Assembly (NCBI GenBank): GCA_003990765.1
Contig: RBNJ01000219.1
Coordinates: 1-36,439, forward strand
Reading direction: 5' to 3'
From: Jimgerdemannia flammicorona
Taxonomy: Eukaryota
Length of the DNA: 36,439 bases
Shown: positions 35,830 to 36,439 of the stretch, one piece after another
Position numbering within the stretch: the stretch's first letter is position 1
How the letters are laid out: each line of letters starts with the position of its first letter
Made by a program: the position numbers and the translations under genes
Notes under the pieces: model-generated
Seen by the model: the letters and a program-made list of their open reading frames with translations, nothing else
What the model was told of the DNA's origin: nothing
Databases searched by the model: none

Positions 35830-36439
35830 ATGACTCATATGCCGGACGCATCCACAACACAACACACACACACGCATACACATGCACACGCAAACACGCA
35901 AACACACATGTCGACAGATCAGTCTTCAACAGTTCACAGTACCGATAATGCTTCAAGTCAAACATCCCTGATAGTTCCACACCTTCCACACAATCCTCGC
36001 TCCGAAATCTGGCAACATTGTACTAAGATAGGAGATGATGTTGTTTGTAATTATTGCAGGTAAAAAATTAAGACGCACCTATTGACACTTTGTTTGACAC
36101 ACACATGATATTGTTTGACACACACATGATATTGTTTCATCCACCCCTATGAACTGCACCAGCCAGAAGTTCAAAATGCTTGGGGGTACGACTTCAAACA
36201 TGAATCAACACATAAAAGACAAGTACTCTGACAAAATCAAAAAGAACACGGAGACAAATAAAATTGACATCCAAGCTGTGGTGGGTACGTTTATCCGATT
36301 GCCTGACCATTTCTGTACCAACAATGCCATTTAATCAAAAATTTTAGCCATACTCTTCGGCAGAATTTCGAAATCGGCTCGTTCGCTGGATTGTGTGCAC
36401 AGACCAGCCATTCACAACCATCGAGAGTGATCAATTGCA
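35830..36439 (+). CDS. hAT transposase N-terminus (BED zinc finger), partial and possibly defective
   Basis: RSEIWQHCTKIGDDVVCNYC, intron 36060-36162, SQKFKMLGGTTSNMNQHIKDKY, second intron, then EFRNRLVRWIVCTDQPFTTIES. Confidence 0.75.

Larger units (their letters stand above)
35405..36439 (+). mobile_element. Left end of a transposase-bearing hAT element, running off the window
   Basis: Terminus TAGTGCTC is shared with the family B MITEs. CCGAATC arrays follow, then a spliced BED-finger transposase. Confidence 0.85.

Overview
Intron-rich fungal genomic DNA. The intron style and gene families suggest an early-diverging fungus, probably Mucoromycota; this is inferred. Apparently intact genes: a CaMK1-type kinase, a secreted CE4 chitin-deacetylase-like protein, an F-box/LRR/Cys-rich protein, tRNA-Trp(CCA), a mitochondrial branched-chain aminotransferase, an N-myristoylation-type SAM methyltransferase, a small CxxC protein, a BCS1-like AAA ATPase, an unknown membrane protein and an 11-exon gene that fuses a C2 domain in frame to the kinetochore subunit Nnf1. 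Decayed genes: cytochrome P450, BTB-SPRY, a bacterial-like quinone oxidoreductase split by a 2.8 kb insert of other gene fragments, and prohibitin. A hAT family is present as a transposase-bearing left end at the window edge plus MITEs with 8-bp target-site duplications. Its copies show graded C->T/G->A decay, from CpG loss to RIP-like. All exon structures were assembled by eye from GT..AG sites and protein-family memory, with no database searches.
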